Shown in pieces: positions 9,778-21,239 of a stretch of 32,000 nucleotides of DNA. Origin of the DNA: Paracoccus suum (GTDB taxonomy: Bacteria > Pseudomonadota > Alphaproteobacteria > Rhodobacterales > Rhodobacteraceae); NCBI RefSeq assembly GCF_003324675.1, contig NZ_CP030918.1:990001-1022000 (forward strand), in the 5' to 3' direction. Positions within the stretch are counted from its first letter, which is position 1; each line of letters begins with the position of its first letter. The notes below the pieces were generated by a model. That model saw nothing but the letters and a program-made list of their open reading frames with translations, made no database searches and was not told the origin of the DNA. Both the position numbers and the translations under genes were made by a program.

Positions 9778-10821
9778 TTACCCCGCGCTTTGAATTTCGA
9801 TCCCCGCGTCCTCACCCGAGGCCTCGCCGGCGATCAGGAACAGATCGCCTGTCGCCTCCATCGCGCGGATCGCGGTTACAACTTGTGCCATGGCGGCCTC
9901 ACAATCTGCGGCGCTGACGCGACCGGCTCCGGCAATCTCTTCGCGCAGGTTGTCGGCCATGCGCGAGGACAGCGCGCCGAGGATAAAGCTGGTGGTCGCT
10001 GCATTCGCCCCCTTGGCCCCGGCCATCGCCTTGACCAGCACGGGCTGGTCGACAGCGCGCGCGATGCGGGGAATGTCGCGGATATCGATCCGCAGCGGGA
10101 TGTTGGCCCAGGTAAAGATCGCGCGCCGCACGCCTTGGGCAAAGATGTGGTCATCCTGGTCGAGGCCGTCGAGCACGGTATCGCGCGTCAGGGCGGGCGC
10201 GAAATTCAGGATCGCCCCGACCTTTTCGACCGGGCCACCATCAAGGACGGGCTGCGGCAAACTTTCTGCGGCTTGGGCGAGGGCGCGGCCGATGCGGGTC
10301 AGGGCGCCGGCCTCGATATTTCCGGTCAGGGACATGGCATAGGCGATCTGGCGGGCGCGGTCCGGGGGCAGTTGCCCGAAAGCCTCGGCCGCGCGGGCGA
10401 CTGGCAGATGGGCGAACATCACCGCCGCGACCTCGATCGCCTCGGTCTCTGCCAGTTGGCGGATCTGGGGCACGGGCAGGGTGCCGATCCGCTCCCACGG
10501 GTCAGAGCGGCCGGACAGCACGGCATTCCGACGCAGCCGGTCCGAGGCATCGCGCGAGATGCGCCCGCCGAGCATCGCCAGTGTCCCGTCAAGATCGCCG
10601 GGAAAGGTCAGCCCGACCGCCTCGAGCGCGTCGCAAAACTCGCCCACGACCGCATCGCGGATACCTCGGTCGATCATGCCCATGCTCGCCATTTCGTGCG
10701 CGAGCGCGCCCTGCGCTTCAAGCGGCAACCCCTCGAGCGACAACTGGTCATCCTCAGCCAGCAGCAGCCGCACGATCACGGCGGCCTTTTGCCGTGGGGT
10801 CAGCACCTGTCCCGACATCAT
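9778..10821 (-). CDS. fliG: flagellar motor switch protein FliG-like
   Basis: Three-domain FliG-like sequence: N-terminal LTPRQKAAVIVRLLL, a middle region, and a C-terminal torque-helix-like SRMADNLREEIA (compare E. coli AEILRDDLA), ending ATGDLFLI. The track ORF begins at a TTG (10851). I prefer the ATG at 10821 (MMSGQ), which is preceded by GGGGAA. Confidence 0.7.
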   Translation of the reverse strand: MMSGQVLTPRQKAAVIVRLLLAEDDQLSLEGLPLEAQGALAHEMASMGMIDRGIRDAVVGEFCDALEAVGLTFPGDLDGTLAMLGGRISRDASDRLRRNAVLSGRSDPWERIGTLPVPQIRQLAETEAIEVAAVMFAHLPVARAAEAFGQLPPDRARQIAYAMSLTGNIEAGALTRIGRALAQAAESLPQPVLDGGPVEKVGAILNFAPALTRDTVLDGLDQDDHIFAQGVRRAIFTWANIPLRIDIRDIPRIARAVDQPVLVKAMAGAKGANAATTSFILGALSSRMADNLREEIAGAGRVSAADCEAAMAQVVTAIRAMEATGDLFLIAGEASGEDAGIEIQSAG

Positions 10822-10890
10822 CCAGTGTTCCCCGCGCGATTCGGGGTCCAATCTGACAGGAAAGCCCTGACCGACCGTTAACGCCGCCGA

Positions 10891-12195
<1,305 letters not shown>

Positions 12196-12347
12196 GGCGG
12201 GCCTCCTTGGATCTGATGCCGTCCTAGACGGCGGGGGCGCGGGTCGCAATCGCAGCGTCAGAGACGGTAGTGTTTAACTTATGTTGCAATCGGCCCGGCT
12301 GGCCCGCAGTTTGCTGGCAATGCGCCGAAACGGGTAAGGAGGATAGG

Positions 12348-12683
12348 ATGTCCCGTCGTGACGAGTTGGTCGCCAAATACGCCGCAGACCTTGGGAAACT
12401 GGGGCAGGAGGCGGATATGGATCTGCTGATGCGCTGCACCAAGGCGTGCGGCCCTTCGATCTATAGCGCCGATTCCGAAACCGTCGCCGCCAGCGACCCC
12501 GAGGAAGTGGCGCGCCTCAAGAAGAGCTTTCTGGTCAAGCGCTTGGGCATGACCGACGGCCCCGAACTGGACGCCGGGATCAAGGCCGCGGTGGAGGCCT
12601 ATGGCACGGGCAATCGGAACAAGTTCCGGCCGGTGATGTACTACCTGCTGGCCCGGCATTTCGACGCCGGCGCCCGGGTCTGA
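12348..12683 (+). CDS. DUF2853 family protein
   Basis: 111 aa (MSRRDELVAKYAADL...CGPSIYSADSETVAASDPEE...NRNKFRPVMYYLLARHF). Matches my memory of the small alphaproteobacterial DUF2853 family. ATG at 12348 is preceded by AAGGAGGA. Confidence 0.75.
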   Translation: MSRRDELVAKYAADLGKLGQEADMDLLMRCTKACGPSIYSADSETVAASDPEEVARLKKSFLVKRLGMTDGPELDAGIKAAVEAYGTGNRNKFRPVMYYLLARHFDAGARV

Positions 12684-12696
12684 CGCAAACGCAGTG

Positions 12697-12727
12697 AAAA
12701 AGGGGCGCCCTGCGGGGCGCCCCTTGT
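12697..12727. terminator. bidirectional rho-independent terminator shared by the DUF2853 gene (+) and glnA (-)
   Basis: Perfect 11-bp stem AAGGGGCGCCC / GGGCGCCCCTT with TGCG loop. Flanked by an A-run on the left (a T-run for the minus transcript) and TTGTCTT on the right. Lies between two convergent stop codons. Confidence 0.75.
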
Positions 12728-12728
12728 C

Positions 12729-14144
12729 TTAGCAGCTGTAATACATCGCATATTCGATGGGATGCGGGGTATGCTCGAAGGCATAAACCTCTTCCCACTT
12801 CAGGCGGATGTAGCTTTCCAGCTGGTCGCGGGTGAACACATCGCCCGCCAGCAGGAAGTCCATGTCCTTTTCCAGCTCCTCCAGCGCTTCGCGCAGGCTG
12901 CCGCAGACGGTCGGAATCTCGGCCAGCTCCTCGGGGGGCAGGTCGTACAGGTCCTTGTCGCTGGCCGGGCCGGGATCGATCTTGCCGCGGATGCCGTCGA
13001 GGCCGGCCATCAGCAGCGCTGCGAAGGCGAGGTAGGGGTTCGCCGCCGGGTCGGGGAAGCGGGCCTCGACGCGCTTGGCCTTGGGCGATTCGGTCCACGG
13101 AATGCGGACGCAGCCACTGCGGTTGCGGGCCGAATAGGCGCGCAGCACCGGTGCCTCGAAGCCCGGGATCAGCCGCTTGTAGCTGTTGGTAGCCGGGTTG
13201 GTCAGCGCGTTCAGCGCCTTGGCGTGCTTGAGGATGCCGCCGATGAACCACAGCGCCTCCTGGCTGAGATCGGCGTACTTATCGCCTGCGAACAACGGCT
13301 TGCCGTCTTTCCAGATCGACATGTTCACATGCATGCCGCTGCCGTTGTCGCCCTTCATGGGCTTGGGCATGAAGGTCGCGGATTTGCCGTAGGCATGCGC
13401 CACGTTGTGGATGACGTATTTGTATTTCTGGATGTTGTCGGCCTGTTCGACCAGACCGCCAAAGATCATCCCCAGCTCGTGCTGGCCGGTCGCGACCTCG
13501 TGGTGGTGCTTGTCGACCTTGATGCCCATGCGCTTCATGGTCGAGAGCATCTCGCCGCGCAGGTCCTGCGCCGTGTCGATCGGGTTGACCGGGAAATAGG
13601 CGCCCTTGTGCGGCGCGCGGTGACCGGTGTTGCCGGTCTCGTATTCCGTGTCCGTATTCCAGGCCGAGTCCACGCCATCGACCTGATAGCTGACCTTCTG
13701 CGGGCTGACCTGGTAGCGCACGTCATCGAACAGGAAGAACTCGGCCTCGGGGCCGAAGAACGCGGTGTCGCCGATGCCGGTCGATTTCAGATAGGCCTCG
13801 GCCTTGACGGCAGTGCCGCGCGGGTCGCGGTCATAGGCCTCGCCGGTGTCGGGCTCGGCCACGTTGCAATGCACGCACAGCGTCTTTTCGGCGTAGAAGG
13901 GGTCGATATAGGCGCTGGACGGGTCGGGCATCAGCTTCATGTCCGACTGGTCGATCGACTTCCAGCCGGCGATGGACGAGCCGTCGAACATCATGCCTTC
14001 TTCGAAGAAGTCTTCGTCCACCAGATCGACCACCAGGGTCATGTGCTGCAGCTTGCCCTTGGGATCGGTGAAGCGGATATCGACATATTCGACCTCCTCG
14101 GACTTCATTAGATCGAGGACATCATTGACCGTTTTCATGGTCAC
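12729..14144 (-). CDS. glnA: glutamine synthetase, type I
   Basis: 471 aa with classic GSI motifs ([34 protein letters not shown]) and adenylylation-site context NLYDLPPEE. Confidence 0.97.
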   Translation of the reverse strand: MTMKTVNDVLDLMKSEEVEYVDIRFTDPKGKLQHMTLVVDLVDEDFFEEGMMFDGSSIAGWKSIDQSDMKLMPDPSSAYIDPFYAEKTLCVHCNVAEPDTGEAYDRDPRGTAVKAEAYLKSTGIGDTAFFGPEAEFFLFDDVRYQVSPQKVSYQVDGVDSAWNTDTEYETGNTGHRAPHKGAYFPVNPIDTAQDLRGEMLSTMKRMGIKVDKHHHEVATGQHELGMIFGGLVEQADNIQKYKYVIHNVAHAYGKSATFMPKPMKGDNGSGMHVNMSIWKDGKPLFAGDKYADLSQEALWFIGGILKHAKALNALTNPATNSYKRLIPGFEAPVLRAYSARNRSGCVRIPWTESPKAKRVEARFPDPAANPYLAFAALLMAGLDGIRGKIDPGPASDKDLYDLPPEELAEIPTVCGSLREALEELEKDMDFLLAGDVFTRDQLESYIRLKWEEVYAFEHTPHPIEYAMYYSC

Positions 14145-14174
14145 TCCTTGATTGGCGTGTTCGGTTGTGGGTTT

Positions 14175-15461
<1,287 letters not shown>

Positions 15462-15525
15462 CCGAGGCCGGATGGCAACCGGCTGGCCTTTCCAGCAGGG
15501 CGCCCGAATGATAATCCGCCCGCAT

Positions 15526-15609
15526 GCGGGTGTGGCGGAATGGTAGACGCACCAGATTTAGGTTCTGGCGCCGCAAGGCGTGGGGGTTCGAGTCCCTTCA
15601 CCCGCACCA
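15526..15609 (+). tRNA. tRNA-Leu (anticodon TAG), class II with long variable arm, CCA encoded
   Basis: Hand-folded cloverleaf. Acceptor GCGGGTG/CACCCGC, D-arm GCG..CGC with GAATGGTAGA loop, anticodon stem CCAGA/TCTGG with loop TTTAGGT, variable arm CGCC-GCAA-GGCG, T-arm GGGGG-TTCGAGT-CCCTT, then ACCA. Confidence 0.9.
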
Positions 15610-15654
15610 CCGCTTGCAACACCCCTTGCGCCCCAATAAAAGCACACAATCTGG

Positions 15655-15682
15655 AGGCTGCCCCAGTGGGCGGCCTTATTTG
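15655..15682 (+). terminator. possible terminator after tRNA-Leu(TAG)
   Basis: Imperfect hairpin AGGCTGCC-ccagtg-GGCGGCCT (7/8 bp) followed by TTATTT. Confidence 0.35.
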
Positions 15683-15706
15683 ACATGAGCAAGGATGTTC
15701 CCCCCG

Positions 15707-17041
15707 ATGCAGGTGACCGAGACCCTCAGCGACGGCCTCAAGCGCGGCTACAGCTTCACCCTCCCCGGCAAGGTGCTGGACGAGACCGTGACCCGCAAGC
15801 TGACCGAGGCGCAGCCCGAGGTCGAGATCAAGGGCTTCCGCAAGGGCAAGGTCCCGATGGCGATGCTGAAAAAGCAGTTCGGCCAGCGGATGATGGGCGA
15901 TGCGCTCCAGGAATCCATCGACACCGCGCTGCGTGAGCATCTTGAGCAGACCGGCCACCGTCCGGCGCTGCAGCCGAACATCGAGATGGCCAATGGCGAA
16001 AGCTGGAAAGAGGGCGACGATGTGGTCGTCAACGTCAGCTACGAGACCCTCCCCGAGATTCCCGAGGCCGACCTCAGCGATCTGACGCTGGAGCGGCTGG
16101 TCGTCCCGGCCGAGGACAGTGCCGTCGACGAGGCGCTGGGCAGCCTGGCCGCGAACGCCAAGTCCTACGAGGACCGCGCCGAGGGCGAGGCCGCGCAGAA
16201 CGACGATCAGGTCACCATCGATTTCGAGGGCAGCATCGACGGCACCCCGTTCGAGGGCGGCACCGCCGAGGGTTACCCGCTGGTCCTCGGCTCGGGCAGC
16301 TTCATCCCCGGCTTTGAGGAGCAACTGATCGGCGCCAAGGTCGGCGACGAGCGTGACGTCACCGTCAGCTTCCCGGCCGAATATGGCGCGCCCCACCTGG
16401 CCGGCAAGGAAGCCGTGTTCAAGACCAAGATCCATGCCGTGAAATCCGGCAAGGCGGCTGAGATCGATGACGAGCTGGCCAAGCGCTATGGCGCCGAGGA
16501 CCTCGACGCCCTCAAGGCCCAGGTCAGCGAGCGCATCGGCGCCGAATACCAGGGCGCCTCGCGCGCCATCCTCAAGCGCGCGCTGCTGGACCAGCTGGAC
16601 AAGCGCTTCAGCTTTGACCTGCCCCCGACCCTGGTCGAGGCCGAGGCCGAGCAGATCGCCCACCAGCTGTGGCACGAGGAGCACCCCGAGGAGCATGGCC
16701 ATAACCACGGCCAGATCGAGACCTCGGACGAGCATCGCAAGCTGGCCGAGCGCCGGGTCCGTCTGGGCCTTCTGCTGGCAGACATCGGCCAGAAGGCGGG
16801 GGTCACCATCAGCGACCAGGAAATGACCCAGGCTGTGATGCAGCAGGCCCGCAACTTCCCGGGGCAGGAGCGTGCGTTCTTTGAATACATCCAGAACACG
16901 CCCCAGGCCGCCCAGCAACTGCGTGCCCCGCTGTTCGAGGACAAGGTCGTCGATCACATCGTCTCGGGCGCCAAGGTGACCGACAAGACGGTGACCAAGG
17001 CCGAGCTTGAGGCCGCCATCGCGGCGCTCGACGAAGCCTGA
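15707..17041 (+). CDS. tig: trigger factor (ribosome-associated PPIase chaperone)
   Basis: [18 protein letters not shown]-terminus, ribosome-binding GFRKGKVP motif, and an FKBP-type middle domain ([14 protein letters not shown]). ATG at 15707. Confidence 0.95.
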   Translation: MQVTETLSDGLKRGYSFTLPGKVLDETVTRKLTEAQPEVEIKGFRKGKVPMAMLKKQFGQRMMGDALQESIDTALREHLEQTGHRPALQPNIEMANGESWKEGDDVVVNVSYETLPEIPEADLSDLTLERLVVPAEDSAVDEALGSLAANAKSYEDRAEGEAAQNDDQVTIDFEGSIDGTPFEGGTAEGYPLVLGSGSFIPGFEEQLIGAKVGDERDVTVSFPAEYGAPHLAGKEAVFKTKIHAVKSGKAAEIDDELAKRYGAEDLDALKAQVSERIGAEYQGASRAILKRALLDQLDKRFSFDLPPTLVEAEAEQIAHQLWHEEHPEEHGHNHGQIETSDEHRKLAERRVRLGLLLADIGQKAGVTISDQEMTQAVMQQARNFPGQERAFFEYIQNTPQAAQQLRAPLFEDKVVDHIVSGAKVTDKTVTKAELEAAIAALDEA

Positions 17042-17060
17042 CTCGGGCCGCTATCCAAGT

Positions 17061-17090
17061 AAAAGGCCGCGCGCTGCGCGGCCTTTTTTA
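17061..17090. terminator. bidirectional rho-independent terminator between tig (+) and the yihY-family gene (-)
   Basis: AAAA-GGCCGCGC-gct-GCGCGGCC-TTTTTT. Perfect 8-bp GC stem with an A-tract on one side and a T-tract on the other, between convergent stops. Confidence 0.85.
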
Positions 17091-17111
17091 CATTTCAGAT
17101 CGGTGTTCGCA

Positions 17112-18173
17112 TCAGTCCTCGGACTTGGCCGCTTTGGGCACGGCGCCATCGTTCATCTGAAATTGCCGCTCGACCTCGCTGTTGATCTCGGCTCCGACCA
17201 TGATCACCATCGCGGCGATCCATAGCCACATCATCAGGCCGACCACGGCGCCCAGAGAGCCGTAGGTCTTGTTGTAATCGGCGAAATTGGCTGCGTAATA
17301 CGAGAACACCATCGAGGTGACGATCAGCCCCACGGTCGCAAAGACCGCCCCGGGCGATATCCACTGCCACCGAGCGTCACGCTTGTCCGGGCCCCAGCGA
17401 TACAGAGCTGCGAGCGACAGCATCAGTACCACGAACATCAGCGGCCAGCGGATGACGGAGGCGAGCGTGCCGCCGAAATCGCCCACCGGCATGAACTTGA
17501 TGACGTTCGGAAGCACCGCGATGGCTGCGATCATTGCGCCCACAAGGATGATCCCGCCCAGCGTGAAGCCGAGCGACACGAGGTTCAGCTTGATCAAACC
17601 GCGCTCCTCCTTTTGGAACCAGGCTATGTTCAACGCGCTGAGCAGCGCCTTCATGCCGCCGTTTGCGCTCCACAGGGCGGTCAGCAGGCCGAGGATCGTT
17701 GCCAGTCCGAGCGCCTCCGACGGGGCGGATACGATTGCATTGATTTGCCCGGCGATCAGTTCGGACGCACCTCGCGGCATGAACCGGTCGAGCGTGTTCA
17801 TGTTCTCCGCGATGGTCGAGCGGTCGGCAAACAAGCCGTAGATCGACACGAGGGCGGTCAGCGCGGGAAACAGCGCCAGCAAGCCGAAGAACGTCACCCC
17901 GGCCGAAACCGAGGTAATCCGGTCCACGCTGAACTGGTGCGCGACCCGCTTGGCGATGGCCCACCATGCCGACCGGTCCAGCTCGCGCAGTGAGTGCGCG
18001 CTTGCGCTTCCGCGGTGCGCGCGCGGCGGCGGCTCGGCCGCGGTGTCAGGGGCCGTGGTCGCAAGGCCAAAGCGGGCTCGGGTTTCAGGTGTCAGATCGC
18101 CGAACAGAGCGTCGGTGACGCTCTGTTCTCTTCTGGGCAATGGGTCGGGCATCGATTGCGCAGGCCCCGTCAC
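17112..18173 (-). CDS. YihY/BrkB (virulence factor BrkB / 'RNase BN-like') family inner-membrane protein
   Basis: 353 aa with about 6 TM helices and family-typical FSVDRITSVSAGVTFFGLLALFPAL, YRWGP, FANYNKTYGSLGAVVGLMMWLW. Long disordered N-terminus. GTG at 18173 overlaps the upstream stop (GTGA). The ATG at 18152 is an alternative start. Confidence 0.85.
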   Translation of the reverse strand: MTGPAQSMPDPLPRREQSVTDALFGDLTPETRARFGLATTAPDTAAEPPPRAHRGSASAHSLRELDRSAWWAIAKRVAHQFSVDRITSVSAGVTFFGLLALFPALTALVSIYGLFADRSTIAENMNTLDRFMPRGASELIAGQINAIVSAPSEALGLATILGLLTALWSANGGMKALLSALNIAWFQKEERGLIKLNLVSLGFTLGGIILVGAMIAAIAVLPNVIKFMPVGDFGGTLASVIRWPLMFVVLMLSLAALYRWGPDKRDARWQWISPGAVFATVGLIVTSMVFSYYAANFADYNKTYGSLGAVVGLMMWLWIAAMVIMVGAEINSEVERQFQMNDGAVPKAAKSED

Positions 18174-18958
18174 AGACGATGGGTGCGCGATTGGCTCGGG
18201 TCGCGGTCGCGCAGATCGACCATCTCGTCAGCCTCCCTCGCCCGCGGACGGGCAGGGTGCGCGGCGTTGTTGTCGAACATTGTGCGGACCGTATCGGCTG
18301 CGCCGCGGAATTCGTTCAGGATCGAGCCGGCCTGCCCCGATACGCTGCGGAATCCCTCGATCGCGGCGGTGACGGTGCCGAGCGCGTTGCGGATCGTGCG
18401 CGTCACATCTTCGATCTGGTTGCTGAAATCGCCAGCGACGCTTGGGCGATGTGCGGCGCGGGCGCGGCGGCGCTGTTGCTCGATCCAGGCGCGCTCCTCA
18501 CGGCGGGCAGCATCGCGGGCTGCGGTATGCTCGCCATCATCGCGCGCCGTGCGCGGACTGAAATCATGCGATCCGCTATCGCGCGGGCCCGTGAACGAGT
18601 TGCGCGGCATCGGACGCGGCCCGCGGCCGAACCGCCCCCGTGCCCGCGCGCGACGGCGGGCGGCCTCGATCTCGTCGTCATGCTCGTCCCCGGCGATCGC
18701 GTCGACGACCGCGCGGACGCCAAGTATCGTGCCGGCGGTCAACGCAGCCGCCGCAACGCCCATGCCGCCCCAGATCAACAGCTTGGCCGACTGGCTGGGC
18801 CGCGGATAGGCGCGCTTGCCGTTCGGCGTGACCTTTCCCGAGGGCGGTGTGCGCCGCGAGGGGTGAGGCGAGGGTTCATAGGTTTCTTGCGAGCGATCGA
18901 TTCCCTCGCCGTGGCGGTAGTGCGGAGGGTTCCTGGTATCGTCGGGGGTAAAGGTCAT
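18170..18958 (-). CDS. hypothetical Arg/Asp-rich single-pass membrane protein, translationally coupled to the yihY-family gene
   Basis: 262 aa from ATG 18958 (MTFTPDDTRNPPHY...). One TM (LLIWGGMGVAAAALTAGTILGV), long charged low-complexity stretches, and C-terminal amphipathic helices (FSNQIEDVTRTIRNALGTVTAAIEGFRSVSGQAGSILNEF). Third-codon positions are strongly G/C. The first 125 codons of the track ORF overlap cycA out of frame and are discarded. Confidence 0.55.
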   Translation of the reverse strand: MTFTPDDTRNPPHYRHGEGIDRSQETYEPSPHPSRRTPPSGKVTPNGKRAYPRPSQSAKLLIWGGMGVAAAALTAGTILGVRAVVDAIAGDEHDDEIEAARRRARARGRFGRGPRPMPRNSFTGPRDSGSHDFSPRTARDDGEHTAARDAARREERAWIEQQRRRARAAHRPSVAGDFSNQIEDVTRTIRNALGTVTAAIEGFRSVSGQAGSILNEFRGAADTVRTMFDNNAAHPARPRAREADEMVDLRDRDPSQSRTHRL

Positions 18959-19105
18959 GGCTCGGGTCCTCGAACAGGGCAGCCGCTGCAGCGGCGCGTG
19001 GCCGGGGTCAACCCGAGGGCAGGGCGAATGTTCCCGCCGAACGACTGGGGAATGTCGGCGGCGCAAGGGTTTGAGGGCAATGCCGGCTGGCCTGCCCCAG
19101 GGCAA

Positions 19106-19136
19106 CGAAAAGCCCCGGCCGCAAGGCGACCGGGGC
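19106..19136 (-). terminator. rho-independent terminator of cycA
   Basis: On the minus strand: GCCCCGG-tcgccttgcgg-CCGGGGC followed by TTTTCGTT, about 20 nt after the cycA stop. Confidence 0.7.
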
Positions 19137-19157
19137 GATTTCTCGAAGCGCTTTGGC

Positions 19158-19790
19158 TCAGTTCGTCGCCGGTGCCGCGGGCGCGGCGGCCGGTGCCGCG
19201 GGGGCAGCGGCTGGGGCCGCAGCGGGCTCGGGGGCAGCAGCGGGAGGAGCACCAGCTGCAGGTGCCGCGTCTGCCGCAGGGGCCGCGCCAGCGGCGGGTG
19301 CCGCGCCCGGGACGACCGGGGCGGCGTTGCCATCGGGCGCCATGGCCGGCGCGTCAGGCGAACTTTGCGCCAGGAAGGCAGACACGTCGGCCTGGTTCTT
19401 GGACATCTTGAACGTCATCTTCGACTTCAGCTTGGGATCGCCGGTCTCTTCGTCCAGGTATTTGGTCGGGTCGGTAATGTAGTGCTCGATCGCCTCGGCA
19501 TCCCAGACCGCACCCGGATACTTGGCCTTCAGCGCCAGGATGCCGTCGCCGTATTTGAAGTCAGGCACCGAGGCGACCTCGCGGCCAATGACCCCGTAAA
19601 GGTTCGGCCCGGTCTTGCCGCCCTTGACGATGTCCTTGCCCGAGGGGTCCTGGATCATGTGGCAGGCTTTGCATTTGTTGAATTCTTTTGCGCCCTTGGC
19701 GGGATCGCCCGCGGCTGCGTCCTGCGCAAAGGCCGCCGCGGCAAGCGCCATGCTCACGGTGATGGCAGCTGTCAGTCGTGTAAACATCAT
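19158..19790 (-). CDS. cycA: cytochrome c550 (class I c-type cytochrome) with a 68-aa Ala/Pro-rich C-terminal tail
   Basis: Signal peptide ...AAAFAQDA. Mature part resembles P. denitrificans c550 as I recall it (GDPAKGAKEFNKCKACHMIQ, KGGKTGPNLYGVIGR, KMTFKMSKNQADVSAFLAQSSPDA). Haem site CKACH and Met ligand context KMTF. AAGGGGA RBS before ATGATG. Confidence 0.9.
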   Translation of the reverse strand: MMFTRLTAAITVSMALAAAAFAQDAAAGDPAKGAKEFNKCKACHMIQDPSGKDIVKGGKTGPNLYGVIGREVASVPDFKYGDGILALKAKYPGAVWDAEAIEHYITDPTKYLDEETGDPKLKSKMTFKMSKNQADVSAFLAQSSPDAPAMAPDGNAAPVVPGAAPAAGAAPAADAAPAAGAPPAAAPEPAAAPAAAPAAPAAAPAAPATN

Positions 19791-19814
19791 GATCCCCTTG
19801 TTCTCGCTTCGGCG

Positions 19815-20543
19815 TCAGGCCGGAACGGAAAGATCCGACCCGGCGCATAGATCTTGCACGCTGACAACACGCGCTAGAAAGTTTGAGTTTCCATCACTTG
19901 CACACAAAACCGGCAATGCGCGGTAAAGCGCGCTGTCCAGATCGCCCATCTCTACCGGCAACCCTAGGTCGACCAGACTCGTGACGCCGTGCGACGTGAT
20001 GCCGCAAGGAACGATGCCGCCGTAGTGGCTCAGGTCCGGCTCGACGTTGATTGCTAGGCCGTGAAAGCTGACCCAGCGCCGCAGGCGGATGCCGATGGCG
20101 GCGATCTTGTCCTCGGCCGTGCTGCCGTCGGGCAGGGGCGGGCGGTCCGGGCGTGCGACCCAGACCCCGACCCGGCCCTCGCGGATCTCGCCGCGAACGT
20201 TGAACTCGGCAAGGGCGGCGATCACCCAGGCCTCCAGCGCGGTGACAAAGCGGCGCACGTCGCGGCCCCGCCGCTCGAGGTCGAGCATGACGTAGACGAC
20301 CCGCTGGCCAGGCCCGTGATAGGTGTACTGCCCGCCGCGTCCGCTGTGATGCACCTCAAAGCGGTCCGGCTGGACCAGATCCTCGTCACGGGCCGAGGTT
20401 CCGGCGGTGTAAAGCGGCGGGTGTTCGACCAGCCAGATTGCCTCGGGGGCGCGGCCGGCGCGGATCGCCGCGACGCGTGCCTCCATCGCCGATACGGCGT
20501 CCGGGTAGGGGGTCAGGCCGGGGGTGATGAGCCATTCGATCAT
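19815..20543 (-). CDS. lipB: lipoyl(octanoyl) transferase
   Basis: 242 aa from ATG 20543 ([24 protein letters not shown]...[12 protein letters not shown]...[12 protein letters not shown]...[22 protein letters not shown]...PCGI). The upstream 72 codons of the track ORF run through the tRNA gene and are rejected. Confidence 0.9.
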   Translation of the reverse strand: MIEWLITPGLTPYPDAVSAMEARVAAIRAGRAPEAIWLVEHPPLYTAGTSARDEDLVQPDRFEVHHSGRGGQYTYHGPGQRVVYVMLDLERRGRDVRRFVTALEAWVIAALAEFNVRGEIREGRVGVWVARPDRPPLPDGSTAEDKIAAIGIRLRRWVSFHGLAINVEPDLSHYGGIVPCGITSHGVTSLVDLGLPVEMGDLDSALYRALPVLCASDGNSNFLARVVSVQDLCAGSDLSVPA

Positions 20544-20637
20544 GCCCCGCAATAACCCGCTGCGGCATCGCGCGGAAGGGCGCGAGGGCGCTTGCCAAGC
20601 CATAGGTGATCGCGTAATGGCCGTGTCCTGCCCGGAT

Positions 20638-20724
20638 GCGGTCGTGGCGGAATTGGTAGACGCGCAGCGTTGAGGTCGCTGTTCCTTAACCGGAGTGAAA
20701 GTTCGAGTCTTTTCGACCGCACCA
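20638..20724 (+). tRNA. tRNA-Leu (anticodon GAG), class II, CCA encoded
   Basis: Hand-folded. Acceptor GCGGTCG/CGACCGC, D-arm GCG..CGC with GAATTGGTAGA, anticodon stem CAGCG/CGCTG with loop TTGAGGT, long variable arm (TCC..GGA), T-arm GAAAG-TTCGAGT-CTTTT, then ACCA. Confidence 0.9.
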
Positions 20725-20747
20725 CCTACCCCCCTCGTAAAATCCTC

Positions 20748-20782
20748 AGCCTCGGGCAAGACCGGTCGCCCCCGAGGGGGCG
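20748..20782. terminator. GC-rich hairpins between tRNA-Leu(GAG) (+) and dtd (-); possible shared terminator
   Basis: CCTCGGG...CCCGAGG and nested CGCCCCC-ga-GGGGGCG stems. No clean T-tract on either side. Confidence 0.35.
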
Positions 20783-20789
20783 GGTCCAG

Positions 20790-21239
20790 TCAGGCCCGGT
20801 CGGCGGTGTCTATCCAGATGGTCACCGGGCCGTCGTTGACGAGGGCGACCTTCATCTCGGCACCAAAGATACCCGTCTGGACCTCGATCCCCAGGGCGCC
20901 GAGCGCCGTGCAGAAATCCTGATACAGGCGCAGCGCCTCGTCCGGCGGTGCGGCGCGGGAAAAGCCGGGACGATTGCCGCTGGCCATGTCGGCGGCGAGC
21001 GTGAACTGGCTGACAGCCAGGACGGCATTGCCACTGGCGGTGACGGGCAGGTTCATCCGCCCGTTGGCGTCGCGAAAGATGCGCAGGCGGGCGATCCGGC
21101 CCGCGAGGCGCTGCGCCTCGGCCTCGGTATCGCCCGGCATGGCGCAGACCAGCACCAGCAGGCCCGGGCCGATGGCGCCAACGACCGCGCCCTCGACGGT
21201 GACGCTGGCCTCGGCGACACGTTGCAGCAGGGCACGCAT
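20790..21239 (-). CDS. dtd: D-aminoacyl-tRNA (D-tyrosyl-tRNA) deacylase
   Basis: 149 aa, MRALLQRV...SQFTL...GNRPGF...[17 protein letters not shown], the canonical Dtd motifs. Its ATG overlaps the stop of the upstream kinase gene by 1 nt (TGATG). Confidence 0.92.
   Translation of the reverse strand: MRALLQRVAEASVTVEGAVVGAIGPGLLVLVCAMPGDTEAEAQRLAGRIARLRIFRDANGRMNLPVTASGNAVLAVSQFTLAADMASGNRPGFSRAAPPDEALRLYQDFCTALGALGIEVQTGIFGAEMKVALVNDGPVTIWIDTADRA

Noticed and set aside
18982-18995. Perfect 14-bp palindrome GCCGCTGCAGCGGC, 24 nt upstream of the hypothetical gene
   Set aside because: It is short and GC-only, and such palindromes are expected by chance in a ~67% GC genome. There is no second copy or flanking promoter elements.
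18959-19333. 5' extension of the 387-aa ORF (18170-19333) that would overlap cycA
   Set aside because: The extension overlaps the cytochrome c550 gene and its terminator in another frame and is Pro/Arg low-complexity. The ATG at 18958 gives a sensible gene boundary.
19158-19340. Repetitive GCC/GCG-rich DNA that at first glance resembles a tandem-repeat or CRISPR-like array
   Set aside because: The repeats are degenerate 3-nt-phase units encoding the Ala/Pro tail of cytochrome c550. There is no repeat-spacer periodicity.
15526-20724. Two tRNA-Leu genes as possible integration sites flanking a genomic island
   Set aside because: There is no integrase, no excisionase and no direct repeat of a tRNA 3' end that I could find. 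The genes between and beside them (tig, yihY, cycA, lipB, dtd) are core genes with uniform composition.
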